Positions 50,900 through 62,410 of a DNA stretch of 64,000 bases are shown here, in pieces; positions within the stretch are counted from its first letter, which is position 1, and each line of letters begins with the position of its first letter. The translations under genes were made by a program, and so were the position numbers. The DNA lies in the NCBI RefSeq assembly GCF_018350175.1, contig NC_058368.1, forward strand, positions 207,702,001 to 207,766,000. The letters run 5' to 3'. This stretch comes from Felis catus (taxonomy: Eukaryota). The notes under the pieces are model-generated. The model was not told where the DNA came from and made no database searches. It was given only the letters and a program-made list of their open reading frames with translations.

Positions 50900-52545
50900 T
50901 TTTCTAAAAAATATGCTACCACTCTATGTGATGACTCCCATTGTAATCTGGTCTCTGGCTACCTCTGCATACATTCTCATTTCCTAATACTTTTACTCTA
51001 TTTGGCAAAACAGTCTCCTTGCCATCTACTCCTACTCATACTCTCTTTTTAGAGCCAGAATCTTTGTACCTCTGTTACATTCTGTCTGAATTGTTCTTCC
51101 CACCATATTTGTAGGCTTGCTCCCTTACCTCACCTAATTCTCTGCTCAAGTATCAGCTTATCAGTGAGGCCTGCTCTGATCATTCTATTGCAGGTAGCCC
51201 CATCTCTGCCACTTTCGATTCTTTTATATTGTTTCCTCTTCCATTGCCTTTGTCACTTCTGCTATTACAGTATTGTTTGTTTTTCTTTTAGAGTATAAGT
51301 TTTGTGAGGACACTTTTGTTATTCACCATGGTATCCTCAGTGCCTAGAACAACCCCAGCACATTCTATGTACTTGATTAAATATTTATTAGCTGAATAAA
51401 TGATGTCAAGTTTATATTTTAGTGTGAGGGCTCCATATTGCTCACTCAGTATCTCAGCCATGTAGTCACTTCTATCACTATGTTTCAAACTAATAATTAT
51501 CTTATTACAAAAATCTTTCTATATTTCTCATCTGGGTTAAGAGCAGTACTTTAATGGGGCCAAAGCAGACACCCAGGAGACATCCTAGCCTCATTCCTTG
51601 TCCTTATTTTACACATCAAATCTGCGACCAGATGATAATGATTTTGTTTCTGAAATACCTGTCAAATCTGTTATTTTTATTTCTGCTGCCATACGTTTAT
51701 TCAGGCCCCCATTTACTTTCCTGGAGGAATGCATTGGCTTCATAACTAGTCTCTCTATTCTAGTTCTGTCCTTATCTAACCTACTCTCTTTACTGTAGCT
51801 AGCAACAGGTTTTCTACAGAGTTAATTTTAATTTCCAAAGCAGGGTTCAGTATCTTCCTTCTTTGGGCTTTTATAGTATATAGAACTTTCTGTGTTACCT
51901 TGTTTATAATATTGTGCCTTCCTCAGTCACAGTTGACAAGTATTTATTGACCTTTCCTATGTTCAGGGTACCATTCCTTTCCTGGTGATTCAGTGGTAAC
52001 AGAGATTGAGTCTCTGCCCTTGAGGAGATTATATTCCAGTGGGGAGAATGCAGACACACACGTGAACATAGAATGTTAATTACTAATAAATGTTCTGAAT
52101 AATGTACAGTTGGATATTTGAAAGAGAGTTGAGTGGTGGTTGGGAGGATTGTCAGAAAAAGCTTCTCTGAAGCAATGATACTTAGTTGATTTAGGACTAA
52201 CAAGGAAGCACCAAGTGAAGATCTATGGGGGAGTGTCTGCTTCTTCCAAGTCGAAGAACATACGGTACAAAGGCCCAGAAATAAGGAAAGAACAAATAAT
52301 GCCTAGTGCTGAATGAATGAGAGGAAGAGTGGGGAGTAGGAGAGTAGAGAGGCAGGCAAGTAATAACTTGGGAGATTGTGGTATGCTTGTAAAGGGAAGC
52401 TATTAGAAGGTTTTAAGCAGGGGAGTGACGTTACCTGATTTAGAAGGATCACTCTGGCTGTTTTCTGGATAATAGACTGAGGTCCCTGGAGAAGGCTATG
52501 CATGACACATGCCACTAAATCAATGCTAATTGAATGAATAAGTGA
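50900..52545. mobile_element. L2 fragments (plus and minus)
   Basis: TTCACCATGGTATCCTCAGTGCCTAGAAC...AAATATTTATTAGCTGAATAAATGA; AGAAGGTTTTAAGCAGGGGAGTGAC...GATCACTCTGGCTG. Confidence 0.7.
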
Positions 52546-53402
52546 GTGAATTAATCCTTTTTATCCAGTTTGAATCACGTGAAACTTCAGTATTCAAGAG
52601 AAAGCCACCAAACCTACATTGCAGAAATGATGATTGCACTAAAATAGGTCACTTTTTTGTGACCTATTTCAATAGGCTGTTGGACACATGTCCAACCCTA
52701 ACCACTTTAGTATTTTGAGGTAGCAAATAATGTCTGAATTGTCATTAATAATGACAGTTCTTTGTGACTGTGAATAGAAATGTATTCATTTATTCAGGTA
52801 ATTATTGACTGTATATCATAGGCAGAGTACTTTATTCTGATAAGTTTTCTGAAGTTTCAAGATGGAGATTACAAGATAAATCAGATCTTGCTCTTAAAAT
52901 TAGTTGCTCGTCATTCAAAAAAATGTAGACTGGTTGGATAGTTAAGCTTGATTGACAAATTAGGAGATTGAGAAGGGAGTTATTAGGCTTGCGTAACCTC
53001 TGTGAAATACGATTCCGTTCATTTCACTTTCCTGGTGCTGCTGCTAGATGTTTTCTTTAGGTGTTGAATCTATGATTGGAAGTATAAAAAGTAAGGAAAA
53101 TAGAGGAATGGGAGAAGTTAATTTTATTTTTGGGAGAAGTTAATTTTACTTTTATTCTCTTTAATGTGTTTTAAATTTTTATTCTGAATATGGGCTCTGA
53201 TAAATAAGCAGGATAGCAGGTAAATTTTGGGGGGAAATCTTGTCTTACATCATAACTTTTATTTATGTATTTTTAAAATTGTCCTTTTTTTTTTTTTTAA
53301 GTAACTTTGGTCCCTGCAATAAGCTGTCTTTTAGCATCTAGATTTTCAGCTGTTTCAGCTGGTTGTTCAAGCTAAAAATCCTTACTTTTTACCCAATTTT
53401 GC

Positions 53403-53608
53403 TTTTTTTTTTTTTTTTTTTTAGTTTATTTATTTTGAGAGAGAGAGAGAACCAGCAGGGGAGGGGGCAGACAGAGAGGGGGGCAGGGATCTGAAGCAGG
53501 CTCCATGCTGACAGTAGAGGCCAGTGCAGGGCTTGAAGTCATGAACCCTGAGATCAAGACCTAAGCCAAAGTCAGAAGCTTAAGTGACTGAGTGACCCAG
53601 GGGACCCT
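53403..53608 (-). mobile_element. CAN-SINE
   Basis: TSD AATTTTGCTTT. Confidence 0.92.
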
Positions 53609-53644
53609 AATTTTGCTTTTTAATTCTGTGCATGAACAGTTATT

Positions 53645-53753
53645 ATTGTTATTTTTTAGTAATCTCTACATGCAACGTGGGGCTCAAACTCATGACGCCA
53701 AAGTCAAGAGTCACGAGTCACGTGCTGTTATGAATGAGCCAGCCAGGCGCCCC
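53645..53753 (-). mobile_element. Short CAN-SINE
   Basis: AGTAATCTCTACA...GAGCCAGCCAGGCGCCCC. Confidence 0.85.
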
Positions 53754-53819
53754 TGTGCAGGCACATTTATTTATTTAATAAATATTTTTTTATTTGCCAG
53801 GTAGAGTTCTGAGTCCTGA

Positions 53820-53954
53820 TTTTTTTTTTTTTTTTGAGAGAGAGTGAGAGAAAGGGGGGGGGGGAGAGAGAATGGGGCAGATCTCACTGAGATCATGATC
53901 TGAGCCAAAATCATAAGTTGGATGCTTAGCCGACAGAGCCACCCAGGCGCCCCC
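53820..53954 (-). mobile_element. CAN-SINE with internal deletion
   Basis: Tail and GA tract are joined almost directly to the head. Confidence 0.85.
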
Positions 53955-55079
53955 TGAATATTTTTAAAAGAAATTATGGAATAACTACATTTGTGCCTTT
54001 GGCAAAGTAAAACCCTACTTTAAGGTTGGCAAATGAATGTGTGTGCTATGGCAGAAGTTGCTCAGGGATCATGGCATTCTTTCCCGTGAGGAAAGAATGT
54101 AGCGTAGTATTCCTGGCAACCCTAGGGTTGACACTAGACTTGAAACGTGTTTTGCCATAACAAATATGATTATATAATGTCTGGGTTTTGGTTTGTTGAT
54201 TGAGGGACGTTTTTCATTTTTAGCAAATAGAGAAGGAGGACTTAACTGTTATTAAGTTGTATTATTGTTTTTTAACTGTTAGCATTTCCCAGAGAAAGTA
54301 TTGGAGCAAGCCATGGTAATAGCCTAAAATAAATTAAGAGAAATATTATGAAAAATTTTGATGAGTGATCTGCCTTTAAAAAATAATTGAGTGTTTATTT
54401 GAGTATTTGAGTGTAATCCTAATTAACACTCAATTGAACACTTTTACATGCTATGTCAGTTTAATCGCTAGAAGTACCATGCATGTGATTCTTAACTGAT
54501 ACTGTGATTTCTTCATTTGTTATTTATCCCTTGATCCTGAACTGAGCAGTTTTAGTAAGCCAAACTTTACACTAAAGAAAGACTTCATGGGTTAGGAACT
54601 AGTGTAGTTGAAGTTTAATGGTGTGGAAGCTTAAAACTGAAGCTGAATAAGCTGAACTCTAAACCTAGAGTTTAAAGTTGGTGGAAACTTTCAAGATGAC
54701 TTAATGTAGTGAGACTTTTTAAAAAAGAAGAGGGTTTTCTCTATATAAAGGTAGATCAGCTGTTACTGTACTTTGAGGAGACTTATGCTAGTATTAAGTT
54801 GTTTGAGATAAACTGGTCAGAAACACCCCCCCACAATTGTTTTTATTGTATGCTTACACACATGCACACACATAAAATAAGAATTGTAAATTATGTGAAA
54901 TAACATTATTCCCAACCTTATTGGTAATTTGTACAGATCTGAACTAACTACTGTTTACTTTTGTGTTACTGTATTTTTTCTAATATCAGTTTAAGCTGTT
55001 TTGCTTAGAAGATTAACATTGTTTCTTTTTTTGAAAATATACATTCCTAATTATTACTGTGAAATGAAAATTGTGTTTG

Positions 55080-55285
55080 TAGTAGGGAAGACCTGGATTC
55101 AAATTCTTGCTCCATAATATGCAGGGAAATCTTTGACATGCTGTTTAATTTTCTGAGCCTAAATTTTTCTCATACATGGGAAGGGATATGATATTGTGCA
55201 TCTTGCAAGATTATCGTAAGTATTAAATGAGAAAATTTGTTCAAAGACTTTAGCTTCGTGTCTCTCAAGTGCTTAGATAAAAATC
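55080..55285 (+). mobile_element. MIR
   Basis: AGACCTGGATTCAAATTCTTGCTCC...TCTGAGCCTAAATTTTCTCAT...ATTAAATGAGA. Confidence 0.7.
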
Positions 55286-55410
55286 CAGAGGGTGAGTGTT
55301 ATTAAATTAATAATAGTTATTTATCCATTCTTTTGATCATGGACATTTGGGTTGTTTGTAGTTCCTTGCTATTATGAACAATTATAGACAATGATTTTAC
55401 ACATAGTCTT

Positions 55411-55871
55411 TAAAACATTTATTTATTTATTTATTTTTTTAATTTTTTTTTTCAACGTTTATTTATTTTTGGGACAGAGAGAGACAGAGCATGAACGGGG
55501 GAGGGGCAGAGAGAGAGGGAGACACAGAATCGGAAACAGGCTCCAGGCTCTGAGCCATCAGCCCAGAGCCTGACGCGGGGCTCGAACTCCCGGACTGTGA
55601 GATCGTGACCTGGCTGAAGTTGGACGCTTAACTGACTGCGCCACCCAGGCGCCCCCAAAAAATATTTTTTTAATGTTTATTTATTTTTGAGAGAGAGACA
55701 GAGCGTGAGTGGGGGAGGAGCAGAGAGAGGGAGGGAGACACAGAATCCAAAGCAGGCTCCAGGCTCTGAGCTGTCAGCACAGAGCCTGACACGAGGCTTG
55801 AACTCACAAACCATGAGACCATGACCTGAGCTGAAGTCAGACGCTTACCGGCTGAGCCACCCACGTGCCCC
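55411..55871 (-). mobile_element. CAN-SINE dimer: young copy (~55420-55656) in the tail of an older copy
   Basis: Outer TSD TGATTTTA(C/T)ACATAGTCTT at 55392-55410 and 55873-55891. Confidence 0.94.
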
Positions 55872-56228
55872 TGATTTTATACATAGTCTTATACATGAAT
55901 TGTGGTACTTAATACTTAAATTTCTCTGAGTTAATAGAACTTGATGTAGTAGAATCACTGCTTATATATCTCTGTATATCTCTATTATCTCCTGTATCTA
56001 TATCCTCAGAGTAGCAATATGTAAGAATTGCTCCTGAGTCTACTTTTGTCAACACTTGGGATTATTAGATTTTTATTAAAAATACGATGTTATGAAAATT
56101 ATTAAATATAGACATAAGTAGAGACAAAAGTATAGGAACCCTCATGAATTGCTCACTCCATTTCAACCATTGTAAACCAATCTTATTTCAGCTGTATATC
56201 CTCCTTCCCTAGTGGATAATTTTAAAGG

Positions 56229-56447
56229 TTTTTTTTTTTTTTTTTAATGTTTATTTATTTTTGAGACAGGGAGAGACAGAGCATGAATGGGGGAGGGTCA
56301 GAGAGAGAGGCAGACACAGAATCTGAAGCAGGCTCCAGGCTCTGAGCTGTCATCACAGAGCCTGACGTGGGGCTTGAACTCATGGACCGTGAGATCATGA
56401 CCTGAGCCGAAGTCAGTCGCTTAACCGACTGAGCCACCCAGGCGCCC
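56229..56447 (-). mobile_element. CAN-SINE
   Basis: TSD CTAGTGGAT(A/C)ATTTTAAA. Confidence 0.95.
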
Positions 56448-57319
56448 TGCTAGTGGATCATTTTAAAACAAATCCCAGGTATATAATATTTAATTTGTAA
56501 ATATGTCAGTATGTATCTCTAAGGAATAGGGACTTTAAAATCTGTAACTATAGTACCATTAATACAACTAAGTAAATTAACAGTAATTTCTGTATCTCAT
56601 CTAATATTCAGTTAATGTTCAAATTTCCTGATTATTGTACAGGTAAATTATCGTACAGGTAACATTTTAAGTTAGGTTTCATACAAGGTTCATACACTTT
56701 TGATTAGTTTTTTTAATATTTAAAAAAAAAGTACACTGTTCATCAAGTTGCTTTTATTTCTTGATAATTTGTCTTTTTTCAGTATTAGCAGTTTTTTGCT
56801 TTGACTTGAAATACTTTTAATGAAATATGTTTACGTGGCTATTTGCATCCTACTTTAAGATTTATTGGGCATCCTGATTCTAAGAATTTCATGTCTTTGA
56901 ACAATTCTGAAAAATTCTCAATATTTGACTTTTTGCATCTCCTGCATTTTTCTCTTATTTCCTTTAGGAACTCTTATTAAATGCATGTTAGGCATTCTCA
57001 TTATCTTGCTTTTTTAAGCTTTTTCATGAATTTCCTCTCCTTTTCTCTTAGGGGCCACATTCGGTATCATGTCTTAAGATGTGTCTTTCAGTTAATTAAT
57101 TCTCCCCAGTTGTGTTTATTGTTTATTCTCCCCATTGAATTTTTATTTTAATCATGATAATTATGTCAAGAAATTCTGCTTGGATGTTTGTAACTATTTT
57201 TAATAAGTGCTCTCTTGAATCTTGTATTTTCAATCCTTTTTTTAAAATTTGAGGTTTGTAAGTTATGGCTTGCAAATCTTGCAAATATGGTTTGCAAATG
57301 CTGCATGATATAGTCATGC

Positions 57320-57440
57320 TCTATGGCTGCTTTGATACTACAACTGCTGAATTAAGCAGTTGTGACAGAGATCGAGTGGCCTTCGAAACTTAAAATATTT
57401 GCAGTTGACCCTTTATGGAACAAATTTGCCAGTACCCCCT
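57320..57440. mobile_element. MER58-like hAT-Charlie fragment
   Basis: CTATGGCTGCTTTG...CAGTTGTGACAGAGA...AAAATATTT...CCCTTTA...AAATTTGCCA. Confidence 0.7.
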
Positions 57441-57736
57441 GCCCCGTGCTTTAGATATATAAAACATTATTATTTCATTGTTAGTATGTATATGATAATT
57501 CTAACATTTTAAGTCTTTTTATATTGTTTTGCTGTTTGTTTCTGTTTATAATAGCTTATTTTCAGGTTTCCTTGTGTGTTTGTGATTTTTGCTTGTGCAC
57601 TTAAATTTGTTAGGTTACCCAGGCAGATGGTGATTACCTGGTTGGGTGGTTGGGTTATGGGGCTGGTTGATGGTTGGGTTTGCTTTGGCTGTTGCCTGGG
57701 AATACAGGAGACCAAGGACTAGTTTATTTCATTCAA

Positions 57737-59398
57737 ATTTTTAAAAATTTTATTTTTTTCATGATGTTACGTAAGTGTACTCTGTGACCCTCCTCCTCTC
57801 TGGTAACTATCAGTTTGTTTTCCATAGGTAAGAGTCTGTTCCTTGGTTTTTTTCTCTCTCTCTCTCTCTATTTTCCTTTGCTCCTTTGTTTTGTTTCCTT
57901 TTTTATGTTTATTTATGGGGGGATGGGTAGAAAGAGGGAGACAGAATCCCAAGCAGACTCTATGCAGCTCAAACTCAGCAACTGTGAGCTCATGACTTGA
58001 ACCAAAATCAAGAATTGGATTCTTTTTTTTTAATTTTTTTTTTTTTAACGTTTATTTATTTTTGAGACAGAGAGAGACAGAGCATGAACAGGGGAGGGGC
58101 AGAGAGAGAGGGAGACACAGAATCGGAAACGGGCTCCAGGCTCTGAGCTGTCAGCACAGAGCCTGACGCGGGGCTCGAACTCACGGACCGCGAGATCGTG
58201 ACCTGGCTGAAGTCGGACTCTTAACCGACTGCGCCACCCAGGCGCCCCTCAAGAATTGGATTCTTAACTGATGAAGGTGCCCAGGCGCCCCTCATTTGTT
58301 TTGTTTCTTAAATTCCACATGAGTGAGAACATATGGTAATTTTCTCTGACTGACTTATTTCACTTTAGCATTATATTCTCTAGTTCTAGCCATGTTGTTG
58401 CAAATGACAAGATTTCATTTTTAATGGCTGAATAATATTCCATTATATATACACACATATGTATTCCATTATATCAATACACATACATATATATATCTTC
58501 TGTCTTCTTTATCCATTTACCTATCAGTGGACTCTTGGGCTGTTTCCATAGTATGGCTATTATAAATAATTCTGCAATAAGCATAAGGGTGTATATTTTC
58601 CTTTGAATTAATGTTTTCGCATTTTCTGAGTAAATACCCAGTAGTATGATTACTAAATCATACGGTGGTTCTATTTTTAATTTTTTGAGGAACCTCCCTG
58701 CTGTTTTCCACAGTGGATATACCAGTTTGCATTCCTACCAATAGTGCAAGAGGGTTTCTTTTTCTCCACATCCTCGCCAACACTTTTTTTCCTGTGTTTT
58801 TTATTTTAGCCATTCTGACAAGTGTGAGGTGATCTCATTGTAGTTTTGATTTGCATTTCCCTGGTAATGAATGATTTTGAGCATCTTTTCATGTGTCTGT
58901 TGGCCGTCTGTGTCTTCTTTGGAGAAATGTCTGTTCATGTCTTCTGTCCATTTTTTAATTGGAATTATTTGTTTTTTTGGTGTTAAGTTGTATCAGTTCT
59001 TTATATATTTTGGATACTAACCCTTTATTGGATATGCCCTTTGCAAATATCTTCTCCCATCCAGTAGGTTGTCTTTTAGTTTTGTTGATTGTTTCCTTTG
59101 CTGTGCAGAAACATTTTATTTTGATGTAGTCCCAATAGTCTCTTTTGCTTTTATTTTCCTTGCCTCAGGAGACATATCTAGAAAAATATTGCTATGGCCA
59201 TTTTCAGAGATGTTATTGCATGTGTTCTTTTCAAGGATTTTTATGGTTTCAGGCCTCACATTTAGGTCTTTAATCCATTTTGAGTTTATTTTTGTGTACG
59301 GTGAAATAAAGCGGTTCAGTTTCATTCTTTCATAGGTAGCTGTCCAGTTTTCCCAACACCATTTGTTGAAGAGACTGTTTTTTTCCCATTGTATATTC
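57737..59398 (-). mobile_element. 5'-truncated carnivore L1 (ORF2 3' part + 3' UTR) with nested SINEs
   Basis: ORF 59116-59403(-) NIQWEKNSLFNKWCWENW...PYTKINSKWIKDLNVRPETIKIL is L1 ORF2p. Confidence 0.92.
57900..58291 (-). mobile_element. CAN-SINE containing a nested young SINE (58025-58248)
   Basis: Inner TSD TCAAGAATTGGATTCTT at 58008-58024 and 58249-58265; outer TSD CTC(C/A)TTTGTTTTGTTTC. Confidence 0.93.
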
Positions 59399-59625
59399 AA
59401 CAAGGGGCTACTTTAAATTAAAATTCTCATGTTGGGATTTTTTTGGACAATGCAGAAGTACATATATCTAAGTTCCAGAGCTTTGTACAGCGGCTTCAAA
59501 ATCTCAAGAGAAATCTTTGTTTTCAAAACATACGCTATGTTTACCCAGAGGTGGGGTTTTTTTTGCTATCTCTCTCTGTTGGTTGCGTGTTCTTCCAATT
59601 CACACTTTTTCCTAGGGAAGTAGTC

Positions 59626-59831
59626 TTTTTTTTTTTTTTTTTTTAATGTTTATTTATTTTGAGAGACAGAGAGAGGGAGGGGCAGGGAGAGAGGGAGAGA
59701 GAATCCCAAGCAGGCTCTGTGCTGTCAGCACAGAGCCTGATGTGGGGCTTGAACTCACAAACTGTGAGATCATGACCTGAGCCAAAATCAAGAGTTAGAT
59801 GATTAACTGACTGAGCCATCCAGGCACCCCC
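59626..59831 (-). mobile_element. CAN-SINE
   Basis: TSD TAGG(GA/AG)AGTAGTCTTTT. Confidence 0.94.
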
Positions 59832-59941
59832 ATAGGAGAGTAGTCTTTTCTAAGATCTGATTTTGTACAAGATGGATTTCTTATCTTTCACTGGCCCAAG
59901 GGTAAGCCATCGTCCTCAAGTCCTGCACTTAAGCTCTAGAG

Positions 59942-60592
59942 CAGTGTTTCTCAAACTTTAATGTTGTATTGGAGGTCCTCAAGATCACTCATAGGTTTCA
60001 TAATTTGCTAGAGCTCATTATGGCAAAAGGATCCAAAGCCAAATCAGCAAATGGAAAAACTACATTGGGTAAAGTTAGGAGAAACCAGGTACAAGCTTCT
60101 AGTATCTTCTGGTGAAGTCGTTCTCCCCAGCAGCAAATTATGAGAGCAAGTGAAATATCGTCCACCAGGGAGTTTGTTAGATACCCAGGGTTTTTTGAGG
60201 ACTTGTCAAGTAGGCACCTTCTGCCTGGCAGGCAGCAACATTGCAGACCCACAGAAGGAAAGCAGGTATTCAGCATAAACCATATTGCTTGTGTAAACAG
60301 TTTAGGCCCAGTGAGCCATTCTTATCAGGTAGGGTGGTGGGAACCTTCCCCACATTTGTTTCCAGATGCCAGCCAAGGGCCAACTTTGGAAGGTCAGCAA
60401 TCCTTTTAAAAAAAGCAGTCAGGCCTGCTAGGTTCACTTTTTTCTGTGTAAATGTACAAATGAAGCACCTAAGGATTTTGTTTCAATGAAGAGTCAGAGT
60501 CAGTAGGTATAGGAGGGCCCAACATTCTGCATTTCTAACAGCATTCAGGTAGTACACGTGTCGGTAGTTCACAGATACACTTCAATAGCCAG
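59942..60592. mobile_element. MER5A-like MITE split by an LTR
   Basis: CAGTGTTTCTCAAACTTTAATGT ... resumes at ~60456 with TCAGTAGGT...TTCTGCATTTCTAACA. Confidence 0.7.
59965..60450. mobile_element. MER21-like solo LTR
   Basis: Starts TG; AAATCAGCAAATGGAAAA...AGGAGAAACCAGGTACAAGCTTC; 5-bp TSD AATGT at 59960-59964 and 60451-60455. Confidence 0.75.
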
Positions 60593-61586
60593 GTAGTTGC
60601 TCTGAAGGCTAGAAGTCCTTCTTTTCATTTGTATTTTTATCCTAAACAACAAGTTTTTATTTTGAATAGTAGGATTTTTCTTTTTTTTCTGGGGTTAAAT
60701 TCCCTGTGCTGACCAAAAGTAGTTATTTCTGGAGTAATATGGTTTATTTCTCATTCGACTTTATCAAACTTGAGTAAAGAGAAAATTTATACATCAGTAT
60801 TACCACAAATTTGTGTTGTTGGGAAGATGGAAAAAGTGATAGTGGCAGTAACTTGTAGAAAAGAGTGCAGGGTCTGGAATGTTGGTAGTATTAATTGTAC
60901 AGTGCTACAGTCTCTTAGCCACAACTTTGAAAAGCCAAAAATTCTCAAAGTGAAAACTATTTTCATTTTCATGAATAACTTGACCTGAGGAAACCTAACC
61001 TGACCTAAACTCATTTGACAACAAAACCTGACCAGAATTTGTATTATCTCAGCGTGTCTGCTCACATCTTTCACCTAAAAAATCCTACCGTGGGGGAGTA
61101 GGCAATGTTGCCTCTGACCTTTCAGGGGATAGTGCATCTCTGGTAAATACTACATTTTAAAATAAAAATATTTGAATTCCTAACTTTATCTGACCCCAGG
61201 TTTTCAAGTGAAACATTGTGGTCCTTTAGTGGAAATATGGAAAACAGATGTCTCAAAAGCATTATCAGAATGCATAAATAAATATAAAAAGAATTAGCAG
61301 TTAGATCATATTCAAACCTCCTGTTCATGCAAGATGTAACCAAAGAGATACAGTATACTGGTTTCATTTATAGTAGGTCAGAGCTTTGAAAGGTTAATTC
61401 AAAGAGACTTTGTAAATTTGCTTTTAGATTTTGATTATTGGTATTATGTAATTTTTTATGAATGTTCAAGTGCAATGTAGGGAAGAATAACAAGTAGAAA
61501 ACTTGTAATTAGAGGACTTGTTTACACTTATACACATTAATTATGTATTTTATTTTTGCCTGATTAAAATGATCAGTTTTTAAGCT

Positions 61587-62008
61587 TTTTTTTTTTTTTT
61601 TAAGTTTACGTATTTATTTTGAGAGAGAGAGAGTGTATGTGGGCAGAGAGAGAATCCAAAGCAGGCTCCTCACGGTCACCGCAGAACCTGATGTGGGACT
61701 TGAACTCATGAACCGTGAGATCATGACCTGAGCTGATATCAGGAGTCTGACACTTTTTTTTTTAATGTTTTTATTAATTTATTTTTGAGACAGAGACAAA
61801 GCATGAGCAGGGGAGGGACAGAGAGAGAGGGAGACACAGAATCCAAAGCAGGCTCCAGGCTCTGAGCTAACAGCACAGAGCCCGACGCGGGGCTCGAACC
61901 CACAAGTGGTGAGATCATGACCTGAGCTGAAGTCAGACGCTCAACCGACTGAGCCACCCAGGCACCCCAGGAGTCTGACACTTAACCAACTGAGCCACCA
62001 AGGCCCCC
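61587..62008 (-). mobile_element. CAN-SINE containing a nested SINE (61756-61968)
   Basis: Inner TSD AGGAGTCTGACACTT at 61741-61755 and 61969-61983. Confidence 0.94.
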
Positions 62009-62177
62009 TAAAATTATCATTCATCAATGTTGATGAAAAGGTTAATTTTTCATGTGTTTCTTTTCATGCATGGGACTCCAGATTAGCCAGTATGTTTTTG
62101 TTTTCATAATTTTAGGTGAGTTGTGTCTTGTTTGGTGTATAGAAATGATTTTACTTAACCATAAAAACATACTGCTA

Positions 62178-62410
62178 GGGGCGCCTGGGTGGCGCAGTCG
62201 GTTAAGCGTCCGACTTCAGCTAGGTCACGATCTTGTGGTCCGTGAGTTCGAGCCCCGCATCGGGCTCTGTGCTGACGGCTCGGAGCCTGGAGCCTGTTTC
62301 CGATTCTGTGTCTCCCTCTCTCTCTGCCCCTCCCCCGTTCATGCTCTGTCTCTCTCTGTCCCAAAAATAAATAAACGTTGAAAAAAAAAATAAAAAAAAA
62401 CAAACAAAAA
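62178..62410 (+). mobile_element. Young felid CAN-SINE
   Basis: TSD AAA(A/C)CATACTGCTA. Confidence 0.96.

Noticed and set aside
53109..53152. 22-bp tandem duplication (similar ones at ~40618-40654 and 56631-56662)
   Set aside because: Ordinary slippage duplications with no sign of function.
57767..57774. Perfect D-box TTACGTAA
   Set aside because: An isolated 8-mer inside an L1 3' UTR with no supporting context.
847..62410. tRNA-like A/B boxes
   Set aside because: All belong to tRNA-derived SINE heads; I found no intact tRNA cloverleaf.
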